Source: Microgenomates group bacterium GW2011_GWC1_46_15
GTDB taxonomy: Bacteria; Patescibacteriota; Microgenomatia; UBA1400; UBA12028
Direction: 5' to 3'
NCBI GenBank assembly: GCA_001002285.1
Contig: LCLX01000001.1
Span: 316,895 to 380,894, forward strand
Length of the DNA stretch: 64,000 nt
The notes under the pieces are model-generated. The model was not told where the DNA came from and ran no database searches. It saw only the letters and a list, made by a program, of their open reading frames with translations. A program made the translations under genes and the position numbers. Shown piece by piece: positions 48,420 to 58,026 of this stretch. Numbering within the stretch: the stretch's first letter is position 1; each line of letters begins with the position of its first letter.

Positions 48420-48927
48420 ACTTGCCGCGCTTGTCCCATTGCTTGGATGGTTTTATTTTACTATTGGTGGATATGCGATATTTTCATGGATCACAAAAGA
48501 TAAATTTTCTTTCATGAAACGCGTATTTTTCGTAGTATTCGGCCTATACGCGACGATGCTTTCATTTCAATCATTGCGATCTGAAGTAATGTTATATAAG
48601 GAAACGCGGAAAACACTTTTTGATACGTTTTATCAGAAAATCTCATACGAAGCCGGCACATACTACGATATGTACTATCATGCGTTCCGTTTAGCAATGC
48701 CAAACGGCAAGTACGTTATACATCTAGAGGACGTCCCAACACGCGAACTGCACTACGCGCGCATGTACCTGTATCCCGACTCTGTATTTATTGTTGACCA
48801 TGTACCGGCTGTCGCGGGCAATTTTGGTATTGTGCGAGAAAGCACAAAGTCTGCGATCGTAAAACAGTCTGACACAATTTTAATATATGGGGGAAAACAG
48901 CTTATCCGTGTAAAAGGAGCACAATAA
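48409..48927 (+). CDS. Hypothetical membrane-anchored protein
   Basis: Two N-terminal hydrophobic segments; overlaps both neighbours. Confidence 0.65.
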   Translation: MMHKLAALVPLLGWFYFTIGGYAIFSWITKDKFSFMKRVFFVVFGLYATMLSFQSLRSEVMLYKETRKTLFDTFYQKISYEAGTYYDMYYHAFRLAMPNGKYVIHLEDVPTRELHYARMYLYPDSVFIVDHVPAVAGNFGIVRESTKSAIVKQSDTILIYGGKQLIRVKGAQ

Positions 48928-50246
48928 TGTTTGAAGTATTTTTCCCTATCGCAATCATGTGGCTGATGTATATCGGTGTTGGTGTTTTAGCGTTTCAGTT
49001 TCTTCAAACACGCGAAAAAATAAAAGTAGTATCAGAGTCTCCAGCATACATATGGAGCGTGTCATTTTTGATTGGAGCAGGCATCGTAACGCTCGGAGAG
49101 TTTGTGCTTTCATTAATAAAAGTACCGTTTTGGATTTCATTATGTGGATTTGGTGCAATCACTCTCTATAGCCTTTTTCTTTACCGCCACACACTATGTT
49201 CACCAACACGAAAACCTCAAACGATCTTTACCACTCTTTTTTGGGTCGGCACAGCAATCATGATGTTTTTCTTTTTTACACGGTCAATGTCCCGCGTTAC
49301 GTACACATGGGACTCGATCGCGTTTTGGACGCCAAAAATGTTTGCACTGTGGTCCGACCAGACCGTACATCTTGAGGGATTGCGCAACTTCAATCATCCT
49401 GAGTATCCGTTACTCCTACCATTAACGGGCGCCAACGCGTTTACCGTTGTTGGCGAGTACAACGAAGTTTCGGCAAAAGCGGTGATTTTTGGTTTTTCAC
49501 TCGCACTTTTCCTTCTTATCGGCAACGCGCTTCTCACGCAAAAATCGTCAAAACTTAAAAAAGTTTTCTGGATGGTTCTTTTTCTTTCAATATTCATTGT
49601 CCGTGAACACGTCGCGGGAGAGTATGTCGGAACGGCCGATATTTTTGTGGGAACGTATTTCGTCGCAGGAACGATTGCATTACTAAAAAAACATCGGCTT
49701 ATTGCCTTAGTTCTCTGGCTTTTTGCCGCGTGGAGCAAGAGTGAGGGACTAGTATTTGCCGGCGTTACAACGTTTTTACTTTTCCTCAGTTATCCAAGCC
49801 TTCGGAAGTGGATTGTCCTTAGTTTTGCTGCGATTGCGGTTCCGTGGCAGCTTTTCACAAAATTAAGCGGATTGGGAAGTCAGTACTTTGCGTTTGGCTC
49901 GTTGTATGCCCGGCCATGGATTGAGTACGCGGTGTACAGTGTTCACGCATTCCGCGAAGAGTTCCGCAATCTGCAAAAATGGAATCTCGTGTTCTTTTTC
50001 TTTCTCGCGCAGTCATTTGCCACAATCAAACGCATTGCACAACACAAAGAACTGCGGATTATTTACGCTGGCTTAACTGTTCAACTTCTTTCATATATGG
50101 TAATCTTCACGATAGCTCCGGAAGAGCAGGCGAGTTTTATCGCGGCAGCTATCTCGCGGTTAACGCTTCACCTTGCTCCAACGGCTCTAGTTATAACGGC
50201 GTACCTTTTTTCGCAGGAGTTTCATGCAAAACACCAAAAAACATAG
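48927..50246 (+). CDS. Polytopic membrane protein, probable GT-C
   Basis: WDSIAFW..K, HPEYPLLLP, WSKSEG; about 11-13 TM. Confidence 0.65.
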   Translation: MFEVFFPIAIMWLMYIGVGVLAFQFLQTREKIKVVSESPAYIWSVSFLIGAGIVTLGEFVLSLIKVPFWISLCGFGAITLYSLFLYRHTLCSPTRKPQTIFTTLFWVGTAIMMFFFFTRSMSRVTYTWDSIAFWTPKMFALWSDQTVHLEGLRNFNHPEYPLLLPLTGANAFTVVGEYNEVSAKAVIFGFSLALFLLIGNALLTQKSSKLKKVFWMVLFLSIFIVREHVAGEYVGTADIFVGTYFVAGTIALLKKHRLIALVLWLFAAWSKSEGLVFAGVTTFLLFLSYPSLRKWIVLSFAAIAVPWQLFTKLSGLGSQYFAFGSLYARPWIEYAVYSVHAFREEFRNLQKWNLVFFFFLAQSFATIKRIAQHKELRIIYAGLTVQLLSYMVIFTIAPEEQASFIAAAISRLTLHLAPTALVITAYLFSQEFHAKHQKT

Positions 50247-50934
50247 CATTTCAGTCGTTCTTCCGTGTTTAAACGAGGAGGAAACACTGAGGGCGTCTAT
50301 TGCGAAGGCAAAAGAAGGTATTACAAGAGCTGGGCTTGATGGAGAAGTGATTATCGCGGATAACGGTTCACACGATCATTCGGTTGAAGTGGCAAAGAAA
50401 GCAGGCGCGCGCGTCGTTGAGGTAACACGCCGCGGGTATGGAGCCGCGCTTATGGGCGGATTTGCAGAAGCAAAAGGTGATCTCCTTGTGATGGGGGATG
50501 CCGATGATACGTATGACTTCCGTGAAATTCCGTTGTTGTATAAAAAATATCTTGAGGGATATGACTTCGTGAGTGGAAATCGACTCAAGGGGAATATTGA
50601 TCCCAAAGCGATGCCATTTATTCACCGATATATTGGCGTTCCGGCGCTTACACTTGCGCTTAACCTCTTTTTTTGGACCGGCATTTGGGATGGACACTGC
50701 GGTTTGCGCCTTTTTTCGAAAAAAGCATATTTGCTTATGCGGTTAAACTCACCAGGGATGGAGTTTGCATCCGAAATGCTGATGAAGGCTAAAAAAGCGG
50801 GGTTAAAAATGGCAGAAGTGCCCGTAAGTTATGGATCCCGCCACACAAAGTCATACTCAAAGCTCAATACATTCCGCGATGGGTTCCGTCATCTTGGTCT
50901 TATTCTCGCCTATGCGTTTGGCATAAAAACTTGA
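50224..50934 (+). CDS. GT2, polyprenol-phosphate sugar synthase-like
   Basis: PCLNEE, DNGSHD, RGYGAAL, MGDADDTYD, DGHCGLR, GMEFASEM, SKL..FRDG. Confidence 0.9.
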   Translation: MQNTKKHSISVVLPCLNEEETLRASIAKAKEGITRAGLDGEVIIADNGSHDHSVEVAKKAGARVVEVTRRGYGAALMGGFAEAKGDLLVMGDADDTYDFREIPLLYKKYLEGYDFVSGNRLKGNIDPKAMPFIHRYIGVPALTLALNLFFWTGIWDGHCGLRLFSKKAYLLMRLNSPGMEFASEMLMKAKKAGLKMAEVPVSYGSRHTKSYSKLNTFRDGFRHLGLILAYAFGIKT

Positions 50935-50952
50935 GTAAGGTATGATGGGAAC

Positions 50953-52002
50953 ATGCGAGTCCAGATTGATGTCTCTCAGCTCAATGCGATGAATGCGTAT
51001 CGTGGCGTTGGCGTGTACACCGATCTTTTGTTCCAACACTTGCGCCACCTTAAAACTTTAGACACATTTTCTTTAACAACAGAAAAAACAAAAGAACATC
51101 CCGATCTCATCCATTATCCGTATTTCGATTTGTTTTTCCACACTCTCCCTATCAAAAAGCGGGCAAAAACAGTTGTAACAATCCACGATGTTATTCCGTT
51201 GGTTTTTCCCGAGCACTATAGATCTGGTATCAAAGGATCGATCCGTTTTTTACAACAGCTTCTCGCGCTCAACACAGTTGATGCTGTGATTACTGATTCG
51301 ATGTGCTCAAAAAAAGATATTATTCAACATCTTAAGTTTCCTGCTGAAAAAGTATACGTTGTGCATTTGGCGGGAAACCCACTCCTTCATGCCACACCAA
51401 AGACTGATGTTGATGCGGTGCTAAAAAAATATAATATTCCAGAAAAATATCTCTTGTATGTCGGCGATATTAACTACAACAAAAATCTTCCAGCATTGTT
51501 GCGCGCGTTCTCAACACTTTCGCAAAATCTTCATCTTGTTATGGTCGGGCGGTCGCTGAACAATATAGAAATTCCAGAAGGCAGGTGGATTCACGATACT
51601 ATTCAGGAAAAGGGAATCGCGCAAAGAGTTCATCTCCTTACAGATATTCCAAAACATCCTGCGACTGAACTTGCTGCGTTATTTACTGGTGCATCGGCAT
51701 ATGTTCAACCCTCTCTGTATGAGGGGTTTGGCCTTTCTGTGCTTGATGCAATGCAGTGCGGAGCACTCGTCATTTCTTCAACTGGTGGGTCGCTTCCAGA
51801 GGTTGTGGGTGATGCGGCATTATTTTTTGATCCCCGAAATGAACATGAAATGGCAGATACGATGAATCAAGCCCTTTCTCTCTCTATGACAAAGAAGAAA
51901 GTTTTCCTTTCGTTGGCTCAGCACAACCTCAAACGGTTTTCTTGGGAGAAAACGGCACAGAAAACATACGCCATCTATAAAAAAGTACTTGAAACAGTAT
52001 GA
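50953..52002 (+). CDS. GT4 glycosyltransferase (mannosyl/rhamnosyltransferase-like)
   Basis: GVGVY, TIHDVIP, KNL, PSLYEGFGL, SLPEVVGDA, FSWEKTA. Confidence 0.9.
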   Translation: MRVQIDVSQLNAMNAYRGVGVYTDLLFQHLRHLKTLDTFSLTTEKTKEHPDLIHYPYFDLFFHTLPIKKRAKTVVTIHDVIPLVFPEHYRSGIKGSIRFLQQLLALNTVDAVITDSMCSKKDIIQHLKFPAEKVYVVHLAGNPLLHATPKTDVDAVLKKYNIPEKYLLYVGDINYNKNLPALLRAFSTLSQNLHLVMVGRSLNNIEIPEGRWIHDTIQEKGIAQRVHLLTDIPKHPATELAALFTGASAYVQPSLYEGFGLSVLDAMQCGALVISSTGGSLPEVVGDAALFFDPRNEHEMADTMNQALSLSMTKKKVFLSLAQHNLKRFSWEKTAQKTYAIYKKVLETV

Positions 52003-54749
52003 AACGGTTTTTATCTATCATTTTGATTCTCGCTTTTGCATTACTCGCACTTCCTATGTTTCATTCAGGATTTCCTTTTACGCACGACGGGGAAAATCAT
52101 CTGGCACGGATTGCAAACTATGCTGTCGCGCTTAAACAGGGCCAGTTTCCACCGCGGTGGGCGCCAACATTCTGGGGCGGATATGGCTATCCCGTGTTCA
52201 ACTTCAACTATCCACTAGCCAACATTGCAGCACTTCCATTTTTAGCGGTTGGACTTCATGTTGAAACAACACTCAAACTTCTTTTTCTCCTTGGTATAGC
52301 GCTTGGAACGGTGGGCACGTATTTCTATTGCCGAACGTTTATTCCAAAGAGTGCCTCACTTTTCGCAACATGTGTATACCTCCTATCCCCATTTCTTTTT
52401 TCTAATGTATATTTGCGTGGAGCAATCGGCGAAGTCTTGGGGTACGCTCTTTTACCCATAACACTATGGATGGTTGAGCGCACGCGTCAGCACCCCTCAA
52501 TGCAGAATAAACTTTTTCTTTTTATATCAATACTTTCTTTGGCACTGGCGCATAACATTGTCGCGATGTTTGTCATCCCGCCTCTTCTTATCTATATTGC
52601 ACTACGGGCCAGAACTTGGCATGTTATCCTGCCATCATTTTTTGGACTGTCCGCATCATCCTTTTTCTGGATCCCCGCATTGGTTGAGAAAAAATTTGTT
52701 ACGTTAGATCTTGTGAGCGTGTCAAACCAGTACTATCTTCATTTCCCAACACTACAACAGCTTCTCTTTTCCGTGTTTGAACATGGATTTTCATATCCTG
52801 GACCGATTGACACAATGTCGTTCCAAATAGGGGGACTCATTCTTATATCACTCTTTTTTGGTATCCTTCACGTTGTTTTCCGCACAAAACACGCAAAACA
52901 AATTTTTGGATTAGTATGCGGAGTTCTTACACTTTTTTTTATGATGCTTTCTTCCTCGCTTTTTATATGGAAACTCATTCCAATGCTTTCGTATGTGCAG
53001 TTTCCATGGAGACTATTAGGTCCAGTCGTATTTGTTGGCTCGTTACTTGCGGGATACGTGTATCTTGATGCTTCCCGTGCGGTGCGCGCAGTATTGATTG
53101 GAGTATTGATGTTTTCATTGATTTCAACCGCAAAAAAACCAGTAACGGATTTTATTCATCATGATGATCTGTATTACAAGACATTCACGCAAACGTCCAC
53201 AATTCTTGATGAAAACCGTCCAAGAACGCTCGGTATTCAACCTGGAACACTGAGTAGCCAGAAGCCAGTTCTGGAAAGCAAAGCGGATATTCAGATTCAG
53301 TCATGGAGTGGTACGCAACATGTCTACGCGATCAATACCGAAAAAGAACAAACAATAACGGAAGAAACGGCATACTTTCCTGGATGGGAGACAAGGATTG
53401 ATGGCAAACTGGCCACAGTAACATTTGAAAAAACACAAGGCCGTATCAGTTATAGTATCCCCGCAGGAAAACACACCGTTCAAACACGGTTTACACAGAA
53501 CACACCGCCAAGGTTGGTTGGAAATGGCATCACAATAGCGTCATTTCTCGGGATGGGCAGTCTTATAGTGATACAGAAGAAAAAGAAAAAAAATATGACA
53601 CCATTAGCAAAACGCACTTTTTTTCTCATTAGTGCTGCTTTTGTGATTTGGCGAGTACTCCTTCAAGTTTTTGCATTGCTAAGTCCCCGGTTTTTGTCTT
53701 TCCAGCCGAGTTATCCGTACTACGATGCTCTTCTTGTTCCGCTTGGCCCATGGTGGCTTGTGCGGTGGGCTGGGTTTGACGGGGTACACTACCTCACAAT
53801 TGCGATGAAAGGATATCTTGGAACGGGTCTTATTCAAGCATTTTTCCCCATGTATCCATTTGCGATGTATTTCTTTAACCTCTTTCGTAATCTTTTAATG
53901 TCGGGATTACTTGTTTCTCATCTGAGTTTCATAGCAGCACTTTTCTTGTTGTATAAACTTTTTCGTTTGGATGAGAGAAGAAACGTTTCTGTATTAGCAG
54001 TTCTTTGCATGCTTATTTACCCCGTCTCATTTTTCTTTGCTTCGTTGTACACAGAATCATTATTTTTACTATGCATTGTTGGAGCATTCTATGCTGTGCG
54101 GAAAAAACAATGGTGGTTTGCGGCGCTGTGTGCTGCCGTAGCAAGTGCGACTCGGATTACAGGAATTTTTATTGTTCCAGCAGTCATCATAGAAGCAATC
54201 ATGCTTTCAAAAGAAAAAAATGAAAAAGTTCCATGGCAAACAATCGCGATTCTTTTAACAGGAGTACTGGGTCTTCTTTTTTACATGGGATATTTGGCTG
54301 TTACTTTCCGCGACCCATTATATTTTTTGCACGTACAAACTGCATTTGGAGGAGGAAGGCAGGAAACACCAGTGTTGATTCCACAGGTATTTTACCGGTA
54401 CATTAAAATTTTCATGACAGCGCGCACAACATCACCATTGTTAATGTACGCGTATGCTCAAGAGTTTTTAATGACATTGTCGGTTGGCCTCGTTCTTTTC
54501 TTCGCAACACTCAAAAAATGGTTAAGGCCGTCGTATCTTCTCTATGCGTGGGGGGCATACTTGCTTCCACCGCTCACAGGAACGTTTCAAAGCATGCCAA
54601 GATACATGATGGTAATTTTCCCGCTGTTTTTACTACAAGCAAAATTGTGGAAACATAAACCAATACTTTTTATTTTGTTAGCGATTGTGCTAGTCATTCA
54701 CCTTGCGGTGAACACAATGCTGTTTTTTCAAGGATATTGGGTGTCGTAA
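51999..54749 (+). CDS. Fused double GT-C: PTPS-related/YfhO-like N-half plus PIG-V/Gpi18-like mannosyltransferase C-half
   Basis: N-half HDGENHLAR, GQFPPRW, RGAIGE, QFPWR, YFPGW; C-half from M at 53595 has FDGVHYLTIA..GY, AFFPMYP, YTESLF, SMPRY. Confidence 0.8.
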   Translation: MKRFLSIILILAFALLALPMFHSGFPFTHDGENHLARIANYAVALKQGQFPPRWAPTFWGGYGYPVFNFNYPLANIAALPFLAVGLHVETTLKLLFLLGIALGTVGTYFYCRTFIPKSASLFATCVYLLSPFLFSNVYLRGAIGEVLGYALLPITLWMVERTRQHPSMQNKLFLFISILSLALAHNIVAMFVIPPLLIYIALRARTWHVILPSFFGLSASSFFWIPALVEKKFVTLDLVSVSNQYYLHFPTLQQLLFSVFEHGFSYPGPIDTMSFQIGGLILISLFFGILHVVFRTKHAKQIFGLVCGVLTLFFMMLSSSLFIWKLIPMLSYVQFPWRLLGPVVFVGSLLAGYVYLDASRAVRAVLIGVLMFSLISTAKKPVTDFIHHDDLYYKTFTQTSTILDENRPRTLGIQPGTLSSQKPVLESKADIQIQSWSGTQHVYAINTEKEQTITEETAYFPGWETRIDGKLATVTFEKTQGRISYSIPAGKHTVQTRFTQNTPPRLVGNGITIASFLGMGSLIVIQKKKKKNMTPLAKRTFFLISAAFVIWRVLLQVFALLSPRFLSFQPSYPYYDALLVPLGPWWLVRWAGFDGVHYLTIAMKGYLGTGLIQAFFPMYPFAMYFFNLFRNLLMSGLLVSHLSFIAALFLLYKLFRLDERRNVSVLAVLCMLIYPVSFFFASLYTESLFLLCIVGAFYAVRKKQWWFAALCAAVASATRITGIFIVPAVIIEAIMLSKEKNEKVPWQTIAILLTGVLGLLFYMGYLAVTFRDPLYFLHVQTAFGGGRQETPVLIPQVFYRYIKIFMTARTTSPLLMYAYAQEFLMTLSVGLVLFFATLKKWLRPSYLLYAWGAYLLPPLTGTFQSMPRYMMVIFPLFLLQAKLWKHKPILFILLAIVLVIHLAVNTMLFFQGYWVS

Positions 54750-54751
54750 CA

Positions 54752-55138
54752 CTACTCCCTGTGAAGGAGGTGTGCCTCAACTTTTTTTGCGCCAAAGAAC
54801 GTTTTACAGAACCTTTCTGTCTTCTTTGCGTCAAACCACGCACACGAAAAAATATTCAAGTAAATGCTTTTCTTGTACTCAGAAAAATGTGCGGTTACGG
54901 AACTCGTTTCAATCAGTTGGACAAGTGAGTATCCTGAAGTAATTGGATTGTCGTGTCCGAAATGCGGGATAAGTGGTTCACCATACCGCTTCATCTTGAT
55001 AACGTCGTCGCACAAGGTGATCACAAACTCCTTGATTTTTTCTCCAGAAGAGATTGTTGCGAGGTCGCACTCATACAAATTAAGAATGAGTTCTTGCCCA
55101 AATGACTCTTTATCACTGAGTTTTGAAGAGTTTAGCAT
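54752..55138 (-). CDS. speD: S-adenosylmethionine decarboxylase-family pyruvoyl enzyme (proenzyme)
   Basis: GQELILNLYEC, GYSLVQLIETSSVTAHF, YLNIFSC; start MLNSS behind TATACT. Confidence 0.8.
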   Translation of the reverse strand: MLNSSKLSDKESFGQELILNLYECDLATISSGEKIKEFVITLCDDVIKMKRYGEPLIPHFGHDNPITSGYSLVQLIETSSVTAHFSEYKKSIYLNIFSCAWFDAKKTERFCKTFFGAKKVEAHLLHRE

Positions 55139-55165
55139 TGGTTCAGTATACGATATACTATGCAC

Positions 55166-56065
55166 ATGAACATCCTCGTTACGGGCGGGTCTGGGTTTTT
55201 AGGAAAACATCTTTGCCGTGTGCTGGTTTCTGCCGGTCACAGCGTGTTGAACATTGATAAAAAACCATTTTCAGAAGTTGAAACAATTCAAACAGACGTA
55301 CTGGATCAGGCAAAAATCGAACAGTATTTTGCAGGAAAAGATGCGGTGTTTCACTTGGCAAGCTATATTGAGGCGGGTGAGTCGGTTGAGCAGCCGGAAA
55401 AATACCTGCAGAACAACGTTATGGGAACCCTTTCTGTTTTGGAGGCAATGCGGAAACACGATGTAAAGCGTTTTTTGTTCAGTAGCAGCGCCGCTATCTA
55501 TGGCAACCCACTTCACACACCGATTAAAGAAGATGAGCGTACTATCCCAATCAATCCGTACGGTGTAACAAAGATGGCGATGGAAGGGTTAGTATCTTCG
55601 TATGTTGAGTCGTACGGGTTTACTGGTGTCGCACTGCGATACTTCAACTTGTACGGCCCTGGAGAAGACCACGTTCCGGAAACACACGCAATTCCCCGGT
55701 TCATCCAACAAATCAATAAAGGAGAAGACGTTACAATCTGGGGCGACGGAAGCCACAAAAGAGACTTCGTATACATTGATGACATTGTCCGCGCACACCT
55801 TTTAGCGCTCGAACTTCCGCAGGGCTATCACTATATGAATCTCTCCGGGAAAAACGCAACATCGGTCATTGATGTGATTCATATGCTTGAAACGATACTT
55901 GGAAAACAGGCAAACGTGAAACATTTTGAGTTTCGGCCTGGTGATCCGCTTGAGCTTTTTGCCGATGCGTCAAAAGCAAAAGAAGTTTTGAAGTGGGAAC
56001 CACAGGTAGGATTAGAAGAAGGCCTTCAGAAAACCGTAGAGTGGTTCCGTTCACACACGGCGTGA
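55166..56065 (+). CDS. galE: UDP-glucose 4-epimerase-like SDR
   Basis: TGGSGFLG, EAGESV..P.KY, FSSSAAIYG, PYGVTK, LRYFN, RDFVYIDD, RPGDP. Confidence 0.85.
   Translation: MNILVTGGSGFLGKHLCRVLVSAGHSVLNIDKKPFSEVETIQTDVLDQAKIEQYFAGKDAVFHLASYIEAGESVEQPEKYLQNNVMGTLSVLEAMRKHDVKRFLFSSSAAIYGNPLHTPIKEDERTIPINPYGVTKMAMEGLVSSYVESYGFTGVALRYFNLYGPGEDHVPETHAIPRFIQQINKGEDVTIWGDGSHKRDFVYIDDIVRAHLLALELPQGYHYMNLSGKNATSVIDVIHMLETILGKQANVKHFEFRPGDPLELFADASKAKEVLKWEPQVGLEEGLQKTVEWFRSHTA
56021..56050 (+). repeat. Copy 1 of the duplicated galE 3' end
   Basis: GGC CTT CAG AAA ACC GTA GAG TGG TTC CGT = GLQKTVEWFR. Confidence 0.85.
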
Positions 56066-56090
56066 TCTACAAAAATACACAAAGATCTAG

Positions 56091-56119
56091 TTGATTCTTT
56101 TCCGCATTTTTTATACACT
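56091..56119 (+). promoter_or_regulatory. Sigma70-type promoter
   Basis: TTGATT-17 bp-TACACT; same spacing at 59579-59607. Confidence 0.7.
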
Positions 56120-56124
56120 TATGA

Positions 56125-56270
56125 TCCATTCGCCGCATCGCGCGGTGACCGGCACTTCCTATCCGTTGCTTGTGAACAAAGAGCATACACTCTTTTCACA
56201 AGTATCCACGCCGAACGGATAACCTTTACACACCAAGAGTCCCTCTTCGTGGGGACAAGAAAGGCATACT
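56125..56270 (+). promoter_or_regulatory. Structured 5' leader RNA, copy A
   Basis: Stems 56130-36/56142-48, 56160-67/56214-21, 56168-76/56195-203 and 56239-43/56252-56, then AAGAAAGG; homologous to 59613-59771. Confidence 0.7.
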
Positions 56271-56516
56271 ATGCTTACACCTGGAGATAAAAAGTGGATC
56301 AAAGGAAATTTTAAGGAAGAGTTTCCTATAGCTTTTAAAACGGCTTTCAAAGCGGCCTTTAAACCAGCATTTGATGAAGCCTTTGACGAATCATTTGGGA
56401 GAGTGTATCTGTTTCTCCGCAATGATATTGCTCAATTTAAGGACGAAATCTTGGCGGTTCTTAATCCTCGTATCCAAAACAGGGGCTCCAGAAAACCGTG
56501 GAGTGGTTTAGAATAA
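56271..56516 (+). CDS. Small Phe-tetrad-repeat protein, 3'-truncated paralog of 59772
   Basis: MLT.GDKKWIK, eight FxxX units, LRNDIAQFKDEIL; homology stops near the galE remnant. Confidence 0.75.
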   Translation: MLTPGDKKWIKGNFKEEFPIAFKTAFKAAFKPAFDEAFDESFGRVYLFLRNDIAQFKDEILAVLNPRIQNRGSRKPWSGLE

Positions 56517-56521
56517 AGTAA
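56483..56521 (+). repeat. Orphan diverged galE 3'-end remnant
   Basis: GGG CTC CAG AAA ACC GTG GAG TGG TTT AGA ATA AAG TAA = GLQKTVEWFRIK*; the stop overlaps the next ATG (TAATG). Confidence 0.85.
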
Positions 56522-58026
56522 TGCGGTTTTTTATTCTGCTTTTTTGTATTGGCTTAGCCCTTCGTATCTACCCGAGCTTTCATCATATTGTATTTCCGTA
56601 TGACCAAGCGCGCGACGCGCTTATGTTCCAGGACATGGTAAATCGCACACACCTGCCGCTTCTCGGTCCTGTGACCGATATTCCCGGGGTTCACCATGGC
56701 CCGCTTTTCTATCTTCTTATGATTCCGCTGTACGCACTGAGTAACAGTGATCCATGGCTTCCGGTGTTTTTTCTTATGCTGGTAAATCTTTCAACGATGA
56801 TTCCGCTCTATTTTTTCACAAAAGAAGTTTTTCATGACAAAAGAGTGACCATAATCACACTGGTATTGTTTATAGTTTCGTATGAGATGATTTCGTACTC
56901 AAAATGGATCAGCAATCCCGTACTGGCGGTTCCACTCTTTGCAACGTTTCTCCTCCTTTTATGGAGGGTATGGAAAACACAGAAAAAACAGGTGTTTTGG
57001 CTGGGGCTTGTTTTTGGACTTCTTGTGCAGAGTGAAATTGTGCTGGCTTACCTGCTTTTTCCTTGCTATATCATTTTATCTAAAGGGCGCGTACATATAA
57101 AACAGTGGCTGCTTTTTCATTTGGGCGTTGGTGTAGGAATTCTTCCGTATCTCGTTGCAGAATTAAAGTATCATTTCCAAGCAACAAACGCCCTCATCCA
57201 TTTCCTGGGAAGTACTGCACAAAAAAATCCCCTCGTTTTTCTCACAACATTTCGGCATGGTATCAGCATATTGAGTACATTGGTAAGAAATAATCTTTTT
57301 GGACTTCCCCCCATTTCTGCTTTATTAACGTTTGTGATTATCACCGTGTTGTGCTTTTTCGCGGTACGGAAAACGATACCCTCATGGAAGCCGGCTCTAC
57401 ACTTTCTATATGGCATGTTAGCGTGTGGCGTTGGTGTCCTCATGTTCGGTAAGTCTCCGGAGATATTCTTTTTTGCAGGATTCGGTTCAATTCTACTCAT
57501 CATCGCCGCGGTCTTTCTTGTCGTTATGATGAAAGAGAAGCAGTGGGAGTTTGCCGCTTTTATCACGTGTATTATTCTCGCAAGCCAGATAGCGTTGACT
57601 GTTGAACAGGCGCGTGCTGGCAACGCATATATTCAGGCGCAAAAAGGAGTGTTGTTTGACCAGCGGTTGCAGGTTCTTGATGCGATATATACGCGTGTTT
57701 CCAGTGATACACCATTTACTATTAGTGTTTTTGGGACGCCATACGGGGTACGTACATCATGGGCCTACTATTTTTCGTACTACAGTTCTCGCCAAGCGGT
57801 GATACTGCCGAAGTGGTATGGGTACACCGTGAATGGTTTTATTGGAGATGATATTCTTCCGCACGTTGATGCGCCAGCGCGAGTTCACATTGCGGTGTAT
57901 GAACCGGAGTTTTCCATTGCGCCACAATATAAGGATGAGTTTACGGCGTACCAAAACGCGCACACCACGATTGTTGAAAGATTTACACTCAATAATCACA
58001 GTATTGAAATACGAAAACCGAAATAA
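56521..58026 (+). CDS. GT-C glycosyltransferase (DQ.RD subfamily)
   Basis: YDQARD, LLGPVT, HHGPLFY, SKWISNP; paralog of 13966. Confidence 0.8.
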   Translation: MRFFILLFCIGLALRIYPSFHHIVFPYDQARDALMFQDMVNRTHLPLLGPVTDIPGVHHGPLFYLLMIPLYALSNSDPWLPVFFLMLVNLSTMIPLYFFTKEVFHDKRVTIITLVLFIVSYEMISYSKWISNPVLAVPLFATFLLLLWRVWKTQKKQVFWLGLVFGLLVQSEIVLAYLLFPCYIILSKGRVHIKQWLLFHLGVGVGILPYLVAELKYHFQATNALIHFLGSTAQKNPLVFLTTFRHGISILSTLVRNNLFGLPPISALLTFVIITVLCFFAVRKTIPSWKPALHFLYGMLACGVGVLMFGKSPEIFFFAGFGSILLIIAAVFLVVMMKEKQWEFAAFITCIILASQIALTVEQARAGNAYIQAQKGVLFDQRLQVLDAIYTRVSSDTPFTISVFGTPYGVRTSWAYYFSYYSSRQAVILPKWYGYTVNGFIGDDILPHVDAPARVHIAVYEPEFSIAPQYKDEFTAYQNAHTTIVERFTLNNHSIEIRKPK

